From Rhodothermales bacterium (GTDB taxonomy: Bacteria > Bacteroidota > Rhodothermia > Rhodothermales > BA12), in the NCBI GenBank assembly GCA_963829705.1, contig CAWHJN010000002.1:162954-226953 (forward strand): a stretch of 64,000 nt of DNA. Reading direction: 5' to 3'. Under the pieces are notes generated by a model that saw only the letters and a program-made list of their open reading frames with translations, was not told the DNA's origin and did not search any database. Position numbers and translations under genes: made by a program. Positions 63,599 through 64,000 of this stretch are shown one piece after another (position 1 is the stretch's first letter; each line of letters starts with the position of its first letter).

Positions 63599-64000
63599 TC
63601 AGGAGGCACGAGGGCGCACCTCGACCTGCCCGCCGCGCACGCGCGTGTCGAAGGCAGGCTGCCGGTGGACGCTCGGGCCGTGGACGATGGAGCCGTCGCG
63701 GAGGTCGAAGATGGAGTCGTGCCACGGGCAGCGGACGGTGCAGCGGCCCTCGTCGCACGCGACGGTGCCCTCGTCGAGCGGTCCGCCAGCATGGGCGCAC
63801 GTGGCGGCCAGCGCGTACAGCGCCTCGCCGTCGCGGTAAAGCAGGACCGGCTCGCCATCGTAGGTCGCGCGCGTGGGCTGCCGGTCGGCGAGGTCGGCCT
63901 CCGCCAGCACGGGCCGCCAGTCTGCCGCTCCGTCGAACGAAGGGCTGTGGTCGGTGCCGACCTTATGGCTGTAGACGAGGTGGCCGCCGAGCCACGCCGA
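63599..64000 (-). CDS. Rieske [2Fe-2S] domain protein (N-terminus outside the window)
   Basis: CAHAGGPL ... CPWHDSIF forms CxH/CxxH Rieske ligands. The frame stays open to the window edge. Confidence 0.8.
   Translation of the reverse strand, partial: SAWLGGHLVYSHKVGTDHSPSFDGAADWRPVLAEADLADRQPTRATYDGEPVLLYRDGEALYALAATCAHAGGPLDEGTVACDEGRCTVRCPWHDSIFDLRDGSIVHGPSVHRQPAFDTRVRGGQVEVRPRAS

Overview
This is a dense, high-GC chromosomal segment. Hand counts of typical 60-nt lines give about 70% G+C. It holds about 60 protein genes. The content fits a Bacteroidota/Rhodothermota-type (FCB group) bacterium: T9SS C-terminal sorting domains, GWxTD proteins, TonB, and G-poor leaders without Shine-Dalgarno sequences.

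Most of it is housekeeping:
- gatB 3' end, tyrS and smpB
- the ffh-rpsP-rimM-trmD-rplS translation cluster
- 5-formyl-THF cyclo-ligase
- a small ORF followed by mutL-tilS-hpt
- gcvT, ftsK, purK-purE and parA-parB
- a UvrD-like helicase, secG, HU and ppc
- many envelope or secreted hydrolases

I found no rRNA, tRNA, CRISPR array, transposase, integrase, or recognisable toxin or defence operon. I do not see a convincing novel multi-gene system, and the window looks largely ordinary.

The observations most worth a second look are:
1. A 60-bp duplication of the ppc 3' end brackets a 1.9-kb low-GC two-gene cassette, like an att-flanked islet without an integrase.
2. Four apparent indels sit in otherwise conserved genes: tilS; the 3' end of a Wzi-like OMP at a C9/G9 tract; and a compensated +1/-1 pair in an M1 peptidase that leaves the ORF open but puts about 71 codons out of frame. 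These are either real lesions or phase variation, or assembly errors.
3. A 386-bp motif-rich, structured non-coding region lies between ffh and the 5-FCL gene. It is a possible 6S-type or novel RNA.
4. Leaders are G-depleted, carry CCUCC/CACCUCC (anti-SD-sense) sequences, and often contain tandem heptamers.
5. Some protein architectures are unusual: an M1 peptidase with a beta-barrel-like C-terminus, S16 with a roughly 200-aa acidic tail, and a Cys-depleted FmdB-like protein.

All coordinates come from manual reading of the sequence and the ORF track. No database search was possible.
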